From positions 17,223 to 81,222 of the forward strand of contig CAYZIR010000003.1 in assembly GCA_964478705.1 (NCBI GenBank): 64,000 bases of DNA. Reading direction: 5' to 3'. The translations under genes were made by a program, and so were the position numbers. Below the pieces are notes generated by a model. That model saw nothing but the letters and a program-made list of their open reading frames with translations, was not told the origin of the DNA and searched no databases. The DNA comes from an uncultured Candidatus Saccharibacteria bacterium (lineage in GTDB: Bacteria > Patescibacteriota > Minisyncoccia > Phycocordibacterales > EsbW-18). Positions 36,901-45,623 of the stretch are shown here, one piece after another; the stretch's first letter is position 1; every line of letters begins with the position of its first letter.

Positions 36901-37803
36901 ATGAAAAAGAAACAACAAAAAATCATCGCTATTATTGGTCCCACCGCAACGGGTAAAAGCGATCTTGCGGTCACACTTGCGAAGCGCCATTCGGGCGAGG
37001 TGATTTCTGCTGACTCGCGCCAGGTTTATGCAGGCCTCGATATCGGTTCGGGGAAAATCACGAAGCGTGAAATGAAAGGGGTTCCACATCACCTTCTTGA
37101 TGTCGCATCGCCAAAGAAACGATTCTCGGTCAGCGACTACGTGAAGCACGCGACAAAAGCGTTCGCGGATATTGAAGGGCGTAAAAAACTTCCGATTGTC
37201 GCTGGCGGCACCGGACTCTACGTTGATGGATTCTTAAACGGAATCATGTTCCCTGAAGTTCCGCCAAATCCCCTCCTTCGGAAAAAATTAGAAAAAAAGA
37301 CATTGGCGGAGCTCGCGCGGATGCTCAAAGCAAAAGACCCTTCACGATTCAAATCAATTGATACCAAGAACAAAGTGCGTTTGATTCGTGCTCTTGAGAT
37401 TGTTTCTGCACTCGGCAAGGTTCCAAAACAAAAAGCACAACCGCTCGATAGAGATATTCTTTGGATCGGACTCACCGACTCCACCAACACACTTACCCAA
37501 AGAATCAAAAAGCGTCTTCTTGCACGGTTAAAAAAAGGAATGGAGAGGGAAGTCAGAACGCTCAAAAAAAGTGGCGTCTCGTGGAAGCGCCTCGAGGATT
37601 TGGGACTTGAGTATCGCTACGTCGCCCACCGACTCCAGAAAAAAATTACCAAGAGGGAAATGATTGATGCAATTTTGAAGGAGTCTGTCGCCTACTCAAA
37701 ACGTCAGATGACGTGGTTCAAACGAAATCATAAGATTCACTGGTTTAAACCGAACGAAACAAAGAAGATTGAGAAACTCACAAAATCGTTTCTCACTCGT
37801 TAG
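36901..37803 (+). CDS. miaA: tRNA dimethylallyltransferase
   Basis: P-loop IIAIIGPTATGKS, …SADSRQVYAGLDIGSGK…. Confidence 0.92.
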   Translation: MKKKQQKIIAIIGPTATGKSDLAVTLAKRHSGEVISADSRQVYAGLDIGSGKITKREMKGVPHHLLDVASPKKRFSVSDYVKHATKAFADIEGRKKLPIVAGGTGLYVDGFLNGIMFPEVPPNPLLRKKLEKKTLAELARMLKAKDPSRFKSIDTKNKVRLIRALEIVSALGKVPKQKAQPLDRDILWIGLTDSTNTLTQRIKKRLLARLKKGMEREVRTLKKSGVSWKRLEDLGLEYRYVAHRLQKKITKREMIDAILKESVAYSKRQMTWFKRNHKIHWFKPNETKKIEKLTKSFLTR

Positions 37804-37823
37804 TGTGCTATAAAAGCAACTAC

Positions 37824-37910
37824 GGAAGGGTGCCAGAGTGGTTGAATGGGCGTCCCTGGAAAGGACGTGTGCTAGAAATGGTACCGAGGGTTCGAATCCC
37901 TCCCCTTCCG
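37824..37910 (+). tRNA. tRNA-Ser (anticodon GGA), type II
   Basis: GGAAGGGTGCCAGAGTGGTTGAATGGGCGTCCCTGGAAAGGACGTGTGCTAGAAATGGTACCGAGGGTTCGAATCCCTCCCCTTCCG. Anticodon loop CTGGAAA, long variable arm. Confidence 0.9.
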
Positions 37911-37975
37911 CTCGAAGTATTAAGTATCGGAAGACCCAAGCACTTCATTTTATCTTTTGCTCGCCATGAGCTATA

Positions 37976-38218
37976 ATGGTGCAAATGGCAAAGAAGACGC
38001 CTAAAACCATCCTCAAGAAAGTCGTATCGGAACGGACTGTTGCAAAGAACGCGGCCGCATTTCGCGTATACGACACGTACAAAAAAGCGGCAGACGTCAT
38101 TGATCGCGCAGAACTTGCATCAGGGAAACGACTCACGTTCAGATCAGACGCTGGTTCCACTCTTAATTTTGAAGTAAACCGAAATGGAGCCTACTCAACC
38201 ACCGCGCAAAATATTTAA
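37976..38218 (+). CDS. Small hypothetical protein (80 aa)
   Basis: ORF immediately after a TATAAT-like box; basic and alpha-helical. Overlaps the next gene by 35 nt in another frame. Confidence 0.3.
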   Translation: MVQMAKKTPKTILKKVVSERTVAKNAAAFRVYDTYKKAADVIDRAELASGKRLTFRSDAGSTLNFEVNRNGAYSTTAQNI

Positions 38219-39188
38219 GACGACGCAAGATTGGAACGATTATCTTGGCCCCCTCTTACAAGCCGGTACGCCAATCACAGGCGCCCAGCTTTTCGAACTA
38301 CGAAAAGCTTGTTATTCCGAAATAGAAGTGTTGCGGGGACGCCCTCTTCTCGTTTATGCAACCAAATTCCTTGAGGGCGTTGTACCTGGAACACCTAACC
38401 AGATTGATTTGCCGGACGTGGATGGTTTTACTGACCTTGTTAATTCGATAGATGGTTCAGATTCGGTGGACGTTCTTCTCCATAGCCCAGGGGGGCGTCC
38501 CGATGCAACGGAACGAATCGTAGGAGTTCTCCGTAATAAATTCAAGGAAGTTCATTTCCTTATCCCGCATTCCGCATATTCGGCAGCAACGATGCTTGCG
38601 CTCTCCGGAAATAGCATCGTTCTTCACCCCAGTGCAACACTCGGACCAATCGACCCTCAACTCGGCATTCCTACGAAGGAGGGTATAGTTCGGTTTACAC
38701 CTGCTAAATCGATTTTAAATGGATTCTCGAAAGCAAAGAGTATGATTAAAAAGGAAGGGGCTGAATCCTTGCCCGCATACATACCTCTCATCGAGAAGTA
38801 TTCTCTTGATCTTCTCGAAATGTGTGAGGATTCTGAAAAACTGTCGAAGGATCTTGTATCATCATGGCTCAAAAAATATATGTTTGCCGGAGAGCGTGGT
38901 GCTGCACTTACACGGAAGGTAAAGAAAATCGCAGCGTTCTTTTCTGACTACAACACTCATCGAATACACTCTCGCCCTCTCCCAGCTGATAAGCTGACCG
39001 AGTTCGGTTTGAAAGTGGAATCAGCTGACGGCAATCTTCATGACTTGCTTTGGGAGACACACATACTCTTGAATGGCTTCTTCAATGCAAGCTCGTTCGT
39101 CAAGCTATACGAAAGCACCCATGGCGTTTCCTGGGGCAAGCAAGTTCAAGTAATGATGGCTCCACAACCGCAACCCCCTCAGCAATAA
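38184..39188 (+). CDS. ClpP/crotonase-fold serine peptidase (S49 SppA / SDH-like family)
   Basis: …LLHSPGGRPDATE… and …AYSAATMLALSG… motifs of the Clp-fold Ser protease family. Confidence 0.65.
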   Translation: MEPTQPPRKIFKTTQDWNDYLGPLLQAGTPITGAQLFELRKACYSEIEVLRGRPLLVYATKFLEGVVPGTPNQIDLPDVDGFTDLVNSIDGSDSVDVLLHSPGGRPDATERIVGVLRNKFKEVHFLIPHSAYSAATMLALSGNSIVLHPSATLGPIDPQLGIPTKEGIVRFTPAKSILNGFSKAKSMIKKEGAESLPAYIPLIEKYSLDLLEMCEDSEKLSKDLVSSWLKKYMFAGERGAALTRKVKKIAAFFSDYNTHRIHSRPLPADKLTEFGLKVESADGNLHDLLWETHILLNGFFNASSFVKLYESTHGVSWGKQVQVMMAPQPQPPQQ

Positions 39189-39343
39189 TTTCTATTATAA
39201 TACCGCGTCCTCCGTGACTCGGAAGTCTCAGCAACTTCCTCACAAGAGGCTCAGAATACCCTTATAAAGCTTCCATCACGGAGTACTTAACTTGAGGGAA
39301 AACAGGGTCACGCACCTTTTCCCTAACAGCTAGCACCTAGAAA

Positions 39344-39748
39344 CTAGGCACTGTGTTTCTTATACCCTCTCCACCCCAAAAACGCGAAAAGGGAATTCGC
39401 AAGGAGAATGACAACACCGACCGCAATGATTTGTGGTCGGCTCATATCGGGAAGAAGTTTTTCATACACGAACCAGAACCCGATCATGCCAGCGACGATA
39501 TCGAGAATCCAGTTTTCAAGTTCCTCCGCGATACCAAAGACCATTTCACCTATTTCCCATCCGGTGAGAATCAGGAGCACAAACGGATACGCATACATCG
39601 GATGCATACCCACCGCTGCGAGCACGCAGGCAGAGACCGCACCAGTCAGTGCATGGACAATCATCCAGAGGTCCCATATTTTCCCTTCCTGAAAACTCCA
39701 CGAAATGAAGGGGACTGGATCGGGTGCTTTAAAATTTATTTTCTTCAT
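39344..39748 (-). CDS. Hypothetical membrane protein
   Basis: Four TM helices; no motif. Confidence 0.5.
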   Translation of the reverse strand: MKKINFKAPDPVPFISWSFQEGKIWDLWMIVHALTGAVSACVLAAVGMHPMYAYPFVLLILTGWEIGEMVFGIAEELENWILDIVAGMIGFWFVYEKLLPDMSRPQIIAVGVVILLANSLFAFLGWRGYKKHSA

Positions 39749-39850
39749 ATACTTCCACGGAGCGCCTTGATTCGTTCTTCAACCGGCGGGTGCGTCACCC
39801 CGCTAGTAAAGATTCGCAGGCTCATCTTACTACGGGGCAGGTGAAAAGTT

Positions 39851-40732
39851 TCATAGACCACGTAATGCTTTTATTCTCTCCTCAACCGGCGGATGTGTCA
39901 TAAACAATTTTGAAAGACCTTTTGTGCCTGGACCGAAAGGGTTTGCGATGAAGAGATGCGCTGTTGCCTGGTGCGCGGATTTAAGTGGTGCACCGTAGGT
40001 TGCAATTTTCTCAAGTGCGGATGCTAGCCCTTCTGGATAGCGTGTGAGAAGCGCGCCAGACGCGTCCGCGAGAAATTCACGCTTTCGTGAGATTGCAAGT
40101 TGAATCAAGGTAGCTGCAATGGGCGAAAGAACTATGAGGACGATGCCGACGATTGCGAGCACACCGCCAGCTTTATTATCTCGGTCTCCCCCGCCAGAAA
40201 ACGACGACCGGAGGAAGAAATCCGCAAGTAAGCTGATGAATCCCACCAACACAACGACGACTGTGGAAAGAAGAATATCCCGATTACCAATGTGTGAGAG
40301 CTCGTGCGCAATCACACCCTCAAGCTCTGTTCGCGTGAGCCGTTCGAGCAGCCCTGTCGTGACAGCAACCGCTGCGTGTTCTTTATCTCGACCCGTTGCA
40401 AACGCGTTCGGTGCAGAATCACGGATGATGTAGAGCTTCGGCATGGGAAGTCCCGCGGTGATTGAGAGATTTTCGGTGACCGTGTAGAGATCAAAGAATT
40501 CTTCGCGTGTTGCAGGGCGGGCCTTTGAAACCGCGAGCGCGATCTTGTCAGAGAACCAGTAGCTCCAGACGTTCATGATGATGCTTATAACAATCGCAAC
40601 CGGAAGTATCCCCGGCGCATCATAGACATAGCTCAAGCTCCAGCCGACAGCAATGACTATGATGAAAAAGAGGGTCATGAGGCCCCAGGTTTTTGCAATA
40701 TTGCTGTCTTGATGGGTGTAGAGGGTGGACAT
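39851..40732 (-). CDS. htpX: Zinc metalloprotease HtpX (M48)
   Basis: HELSHIGNRD HExxH motif and four TM helices; 293 aa. Confidence 0.9.
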   Translation of the reverse strand: MSTLYTHQDSNIAKTWGLMTLFFIIVIAVGWSLSYVYDAPGILPVAIVISIIMNVWSYWFSDKIALAVSKARPATREEFFDLYTVTENLSITAGLPMPKLYIIRDSAPNAFATGRDKEHAAVAVTTGLLERLTRTELEGVIAHELSHIGNRDILLSTVVVVLVGFISLLADFFLRSSFSGGGDRDNKAGGVLAIVGIVLIVLSPIAATLIQLAISRKREFLADASGALLTRYPEGLASALEKIATYGAPLKSAHQATAHLFIANPFGPGTKGLSKLFMTHPPVEERIKALRGL

Positions 40733-40744
40733 GGACTGGGTTCA

Positions 40745-40828
40745 AGGTGCTAGGTGATAGGTTCTAGGTGCTAGGTGATAGAGACTAGGTACTAGCTTAT
40801 AGCTTTTAGGGTGTAGGGTGTAGAAGAT
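40745..40828. repeat. 12 tandem heptamers (consensus AGGTGNT) immediately upstream of htpX
   Basis: aggtgct aggtgat aggttct aggtgct aggtgat agagact aggtact agcttat agctttt agggtgt agggtgt agaagat. Related shorter arrays at 42004..42040, 51440..51470, 39325..39347 and 42965..42990. Confidence 0.7.
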
Positions 40829-41057
40829 TCAAATGCAGTGGGAATTAATGCGAGTCGTTCATGAGGTCATTGATCTGTGCACTCGCTTCTGTTGTATGAA
40901 GTGCAATCTCTTCAAGACCTTGAAACAGCTTCCAGGTAATCGATATCATCATCACAAATGCAAACACTACGAGAAGCCATATCTTGCTGACATTTGTATT
41001 ACCACGAGAGGATATCGTCGGCATAAGAATGAGGGTTTAGCCACTTGGGTATGGCCA

Positions 41058-41411
41058 CTAGGGTTGAAGCGAAGCAATAAGCTTGTTGAGCATCCGCATA
41101 ACTTCGTCAAGAATGCATTCTGCGGATTCTGTGTCTGCCCTACCTATCATACCAATTTCCTTGACTATAGTCAGATGCGTCTCGAGTTCTGCTCCTGAAC
41201 CGAAACTCACCCTTAAAAATTGAATATATTCGGCTCTGTGTTTTCGAGCATATCCTTCTGCAATATTCGCTGGGATAGAAACCACCGCGCGGTGCATTTG
41301 AGAAATTAGTCCGTATTTTTCGTCCTTCGGAAGTAAGGCAGTGAGAATATAGATTTCTTTCACCAAAGCGATACTTCGTTTCCAAACAACGAGGTCACGG
41401 TAGGTTTGCAT
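41058..41411 (-). CDS. Four-helix-bundle protein (TIGR02436, 23S-rRNA intervening-sequence protein family)
   Basis: 117 aa, …YGLISQMHRAVVSIPANIAEGYARKH…F…SFGS… hallmark. Flanked by ~21-bp inverted repeats GAGGGTTTAGCCACTAGGG at 41033..41065 and 41412..41447. Confidence 0.8.
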   Translation of the reverse strand: MQTYRDLVVWKRSIALVKEIYILTALLPKDEKYGLISQMHRAVVSIPANIAEGYARKHRAEYIQFLRVSFGSGAELETHLTIVKEIGMIGRADTESAECILDEVMRMLNKLIASLQP

Positions 41412-41445
41412 CCCTATACCCTAACCCCTAGTGGCTAAACCCTCC

Positions 41446-42003
41446 CTAAAATTGTACTTTCACTGGTTCGCGGGCTTCTGGATTCTCGTCGAGATCGAAG
41501 AAGTCGCGTTTGCCAAAGCCAAACATTCCGGCGATAAGGTTGCTCGGGAATGTTTGAACCGCGGTGTTCAAGTCGCGAACATTGCCGTTGTAGAAGCGAC
41601 GTGCTGCCTGAATTTTGTTTTCGGTGTCAGAAAGTTCGCGCTGAAGTTCGAGGAAGTTTTGGTTTGCTTTCAAGTCTGGATATGCTTCAGCAACCGCAAA
41701 GAGCGATTTCAAAGCACCCGTGAGCATATTTTCTGCTTTTGCATGATCGCCAATCGATTGTGCGCCCATCGCTGCTGCTCGTGCTTTGGTCACATTTTCA
41801 AACGCTTCGCGTTCGTGTGTCGCGTATCCCTTTACAGTCTCAATCAGGTTTGGAATCAAATCGTAGCGACGCTTCATCTGCACATCAATATCTGACCACG
41901 CTTCATCCGAACGAACTCGTAAACGGACGAAACGGTTGTAGAGCACGATGATGCCGACAATGAAAACCGCGAGGATAATGAGAAAGATAAAAAGTGGTGT
42001 CAT
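41446..42003 (-). CDS. lemA: LemA family protein
   Basis: N-terminal TM then …LIETVKGYA.HE…F..VT.AR… LemA signature. Confidence 0.85.
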   Translation of the reverse strand: MTPLFIFLIILAVFIVGIIVLYNRFVRLRVRSDEAWSDIDVQMKRRYDLIPNLIETVKGYATHEREAFENVTKARAAAMGAQSIGDHAKAENMLTGALKSLFAVAEAYPDLKANQNFLELQRELSDTENKIQAARRFYNGNVRDLNTAVQTFPSNLIAGMFGFGKRDFFDLDENPEAREPVKVQF

Positions 42004-42098
42004 GGGATAGGTTCTAGGTGATAGCTTATAGGTTCTAGAAATACAAAGTAAGTATAACAGAAAAAGAAAAGCGCCGACGAATGTCGGCGCACCAGAAA

Positions 42099-42323
42099 CT
42101 AGGCAAGAACAGAAGGCTCCGACTCATCGAAATAGCGAAGCGCCTGCTTTTGCAGATTCGCTTCAGCAAGACCGAGAAGCGAACCATCTCCGAGGTACGA
42201 GTCGTGCAAGAACCCCTGGTAGCGATCTCGGGCAACTACTTTTTCCGCCTGAGGCCTCTCGTTCTCAGAACTGATTTCAGTACCCGATTTTGGTTCCTTT
42301 TCGATCACAAGATCTCCTTTCAA
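42099..42323 (-). CDS. Small hypothetical protein (74 aa)
   Basis: ORF overlapping the end of the upstream gene by 4 nt. Confidence 0.35.
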   Translation of the reverse strand: MKGDLVIEKEPKSGTEISSENERPQAEKVVARDRYQGFLHDSYLGDGSLLGLAEANLQKQALRYFDESEPSVLA

Positions 42324-42841
42324 TCGTCTGACCAGAGGCCCTTAGAGGCGCGCCGGTTTTTACGTTGGTAGAGAGCGTCGGAAAATGTCCGTATGAAGTG
42401 AACGCATTTCCACAAGAGAGCGAAGGGGTAGAAAGTCACACCTAAAATGATCACCAAGACAGCCACCCCACCAAGCGCAAGATCGGAGATACCCGAGAGA
42501 TAGCCAGAGATGACGCCTTCGTCCCCTATCTCGAATTCTTGATCCTCCGAAGAAGTGTCCTGGACCTCGTCTGGGTCTCTCTTGAAAAGAGGTGTGCCTG
42601 CGACAGCAAAACGAGCACTCCGAACTCTTCCGTCTGGGCGACGAACCTGCCACTCGTTGCCTTGAGCAACTTCATGCCGAATAGTCTTGAACGTCTTGAA
42701 GGAGCGCAGTAAGAACTCTTTGACCGACAGCCCCTCCTTTTCAGCAAGTTTCAGGATATCCTCACCAAACTCTTGAGGCACAGAAAACTCCACACGCTTT
42801 CTTTTTCTTTTGGCCTCTTTCTCAAAATCAATCAACATCAC
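42320..42841 (-). CDS. Hypothetical protein with N-terminal ribbon-helix-helix-like region and C-terminal TM helix
   Basis: Basic N-terminus (KRKRKRVEFSVPQEFGEDILKLAEKEG…) and TM LALGGVAVLVIILGVTFYPFALLW. Confidence 0.45.
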   Translation of the reverse strand: MMLIDFEKEAKRKRKRVEFSVPQEFGEDILKLAEKEGLSVKEFLLRSFKTFKTIRHEVAQGNEWQVRRPDGRVRSARFAVAGTPLFKRDPDEVQDTSSEDQEFEIGDEGVISGYLSGISDLALGGVAVLVIILGVTFYPFALLWKCVHFIRTFSDALYQRKNRRASKGLWSDD

Positions 42842-43007
42842 CTACCTCCGAGGAGAAAAATTTGTTTTAGAACACCCGAGAAGACAATACAATTATTAAA
42901 CAAAAAAGCAAGACATCACTGCCCTGCTTTCTGTTTTTTGTTTCCCCTATCCCCCTGCCTTCCGGCAGGCAGGCTAACCCCTATAAGCTAGCACCTAGAA
43001 CCTGCTT

Positions 43008-44633
43008 CTAATATTCTCCCCCGTGCTGATGCGGAGCCGGAGGAGCTTTTTCTTCTGGTTCATCAGCAACAGCAACTTCTGTTGTAATCAGCATCGCTGC
43101 AGCTGAAACCGCATTCTGTACCGCGGTGCGTGTCACTTTGACTGGATCAACGATACCCGCAGTAAGCATGTCTTCAACGATTGTGTCGTTGCCCGCATCG
43201 TATCCAGAATTCTTCCCGCCCGCCTTCACACGGTCAACAATGACGAGACCGTCGTCTTTGCCTGCGTTCTTTGCAATCTGCTGAAGCGGAGCCTCGAGCG
43301 ACTTGATGACGATTGAGTAACCGATACCTTCAGCATCGTTTGGCATTTTTGCATTTCCGAGTTTGCCGGCGACTTTGACCAACGCGCTACCACCACCCGG
43401 AACGATTCCCTCTTCGATCGCAGCTTTTGTCGCGTTGACTGCATCTTCGATCTTGAGCTTGAGGTATTTCATCTCGGTCTCGGTGGCTGCACCAACACGA
43501 ATCACCGCAACACCGCCCGAGAGCTTGCCGATGCGCTCTTGAATCTTTTCTTTATCATATTTTGACTTCGTGATATGAAGCTGTGCTTTGAGCTGCTTCA
43601 CACGTTCATCAATTGCAGCTTTTGCACCCTTGCCACCAACAATCACCGTGCTGTCTTTTGTTGATACAACACGGCGCGCTTTTCCGAGCATATCGATTGT
43701 TGCGGTTTCAAGTTTGAGACCGGTGTCTTCTGAGACAACCGTTGCACCAACGGTAATCGCGATATCAGCAAGCATCTCTTTTTTCTTATCACCAAAACCT
43801 GGAGCTTTGACCGCGAGCACACTGAATCCTCCGCGAAGCTTGTTGAGAACAAATGTTGTGAGTGCTTCACCGTCGACGTCATCAGCAATGATTACAAGCT
43901 CTTTTGTTCCTGACTGTGCCAAGCCTTCCAAAAGCGGCAAAATGTCCTTAACTGCTGAGACTTTCTTTTCAGTGATGAGCACAGAAACATCGCGGTATTC
44001 AGCCTCCATTCGTTCGCTGTTGGTCACCATGTATGCCGAAACATATCCCCTGTCAATCTCAAGACCTTCGACGATTTCGGTATCAACACCAAATGTTTGA
44101 GATTCTTCCACAGTGACAACGCCATCTTTGCCAACTTTTTCGATGGTTTCAGCGATTGTCGTACCCAGTTCTTCTGATTCTGCAGAAATAGTCGCAACCT
44201 GCTTCACCTCTTCTTTGTTCTTCACTGGCTTTGCGATATCACGAAGTGCTGTCACAACATCAGTAGATGCTTTTTCCATGCCGCGACGAACACCCATCGC
44301 GTTCATACCCATGGTGGTGTGGCGCAACCCTTCGTTCACAAGCGCCTGCACAAGGATCGTTGCGGTCGTCGTACCATCACCCGCGATGTCGTTAGTCTTT
44401 CCTGCTACTTCTTTGACGATCGATGCGCCCATGTTCTCGAACTTATCTTTGAGTTCAATCTCTTTGGCGATAGAAACACCGTCGTTCGTTATCATCGGCG
44501 CACCATAACCCTTATCGAGCACAGCATTGCGCCCGCGCGGACCAAGCGTCACTTTGACTGCATTCGCGACCTTATCGATTCCTCGTTGCAAAGCCTCGCG
44601 TGCTTCTCGATCAAATAGAATCTTTTTTGACAT
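43008..44633 (-). CDS. groEL: Chaperonin GroEL
   Basis: Full-length Cpn60, …AVKAPGFGD…, C-terminal repeat region; 541 aa. Confidence 0.97.
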   Translation of the reverse strand: MSKKILFDREAREALQRGIDKVANAVKVTLGPRGRNAVLDKGYGAPMITNDGVSIAKEIELKDKFENMGASIVKEVAGKTNDIAGDGTTTATILVQALVNEGLRHTTMGMNAMGVRRGMEKASTDVVTALRDIAKPVKNKEEVKQVATISAESEELGTTIAETIEKVGKDGVVTVEESQTFGVDTEIVEGLEIDRGYVSAYMVTNSERMEAEYRDVSVLITEKKVSAVKDILPLLEGLAQSGTKELVIIADDVDGEALTTFVLNKLRGGFSVLAVKAPGFGDKKKEMLADIAITVGATVVSEDTGLKLETATIDMLGKARRVVSTKDSTVIVGGKGAKAAIDERVKQLKAQLHITKSKYDKEKIQERIGKLSGGVAVIRVGAATETEMKYLKLKIEDAVNATKAAIEEGIVPGGGSALVKVAGKLGNAKMPNDAEGIGYSIVIKSLEAPLQQIAKNAGKDDGLVIVDRVKAGGKNSGYDAGNDTIVEDMLTAGIVDPVKVTRTAVQNAVSAAAMLITTEVAVADEPEEKAPPAPHQHGGEY

Positions 44634-44637
44634 AGAT

Positions 44638-45042
44638 CTATTTAATTATTGCTAGAATATTTTCTTCCTTTACCACAAAATATTCGACCCCATCAATCTT
44701 CATTTCGTCATAGCCATATTTGGAGAACATGACTTTGTCGCCGACCTTCACATTCATCGGAACGAGCACACCATCGTCATAAGCACCTGGACCAACCGCA
44801 ACAACGGTTCCTTCCTGTGGGCGCTCTTTGTCTGATGTCTCAGGAATGTAGATTCCCGATGGACGAAGTGACGCTTCCTCGGCAACCGGACGAACAACCA
44901 CGCGGTCGGCAAGCGGTGTTACCTTGAATGCATTCTTAGCGATTTGTGGAGCGCTTTTCTTAGCTGCTGGTTTAGACTTTTTAGCCACCTTTTTTGGAGC
45001 TACTTTCTTGGTCTTTTTAGGAGCTAACTTTTTCTTTTTCAT
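44638..45042 (-). CDS. groES: Co-chaperonin GroES with ~40-aa Lys/Ala/Pro-rich N-terminal extension
   Basis: Core …VTPLADRVVVRPV…GIYIPETS…GTVVAVGPG… preceded by MKKKKLAPKKTKKVAPKKVAKKSKPAAKKSAPQIAKNAF with no internal Met before the core. Confidence 0.85.
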   Translation of the reverse strand: MKKKKLAPKKTKKVAPKKVAKKSKPAAKKSAPQIAKNAFKVTPLADRVVVRPVAEEASLRPSGIYIPETSDKERPQEGTVVAVGPGAYDDGVLVPMNVKVGDKVMFSKYGYDEMKIDGVEYFVVKEENILAIIK

Positions 45043-45231
45043 AGCATGAGTAGTTGAAAAGTTTATAAGTTATGAAGTTTGTAAGTCTCAGAACATATCA
45101 ACTTAGAAACTTAATGAACTAATAACTAACCGAGGCTCACCTATTGTATTCACCCCGCTCGCGAGTGCAATTGACATAAATTTATAAACTTATATAGTTC
45201 TATCGGATTGTCTCTGTGAGACATCCCGACC

Positions 45232-45576
45232 GTGGCGGTGCCACAGAAAAGGAGTTGTTCCATGATTATCAAAAAAGATGTCAGTCCAGAGACCCTCATT
45301 CTTCTGATCAACTTTCTCCGCAGCCCTGAAGCCATTCTGACCCAAGAGGAAGCGGGTGAAATGATTCGAGATGGATCGTCCTGGTCGAGCAGTAAGCCCG
45401 TGGTCAGATTCAAGGGAGACATCAAACCCGAGGGCAAGACCTTCAGTGTCGTCGTAGAAATCGACGACAAGTACGATGTGAGAGACGGTCGTTCTCTAAC
45501 ACAGGACCTCCCTGGACATTTTTTTGTTGACCTCATGAAGACTCTCGGTTACTCACCCGAACCAACGAATACGTAG
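45232..45576 (+). CDS. Hypothetical protein
   Basis: 114-aa ORF (possible start at MIIKK, 45262) ending before a terminator. Confidence 0.4.
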   Translation: MAVPQKRSCSMIIKKDVSPETLILLINFLRSPEAILTQEEAGEMIRDGSSWSSSKPVVRFKGDIKPEGKTFSVVVEIDDKYDVRDGRSLTQDLPGHFFVDLMKTLGYSPEPTNT

Positions 45577-45587
45577 AAGGTGAGCCA

Positions 45588-45618
45588 AAGCCGCGCAAAA
45601 CTTCGCGCGGCTTTTTTC
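45588..45618. terminator. Bidirectional rho-independent terminator
   Basis: gccgcgc-aaaacttc-gcgcggc + TTTTTT. Confidence 0.65.
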
Positions 45619-45623
45619 ATTAA

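Noticed and set aside
45080-45180. CIRCE (HrcA operator) upstream of groES
   Set aside because: Only one half-site (GAGTGCAA) is reasonably matched; the partner half 9 nt away is degenerate. Not supportable without a search.
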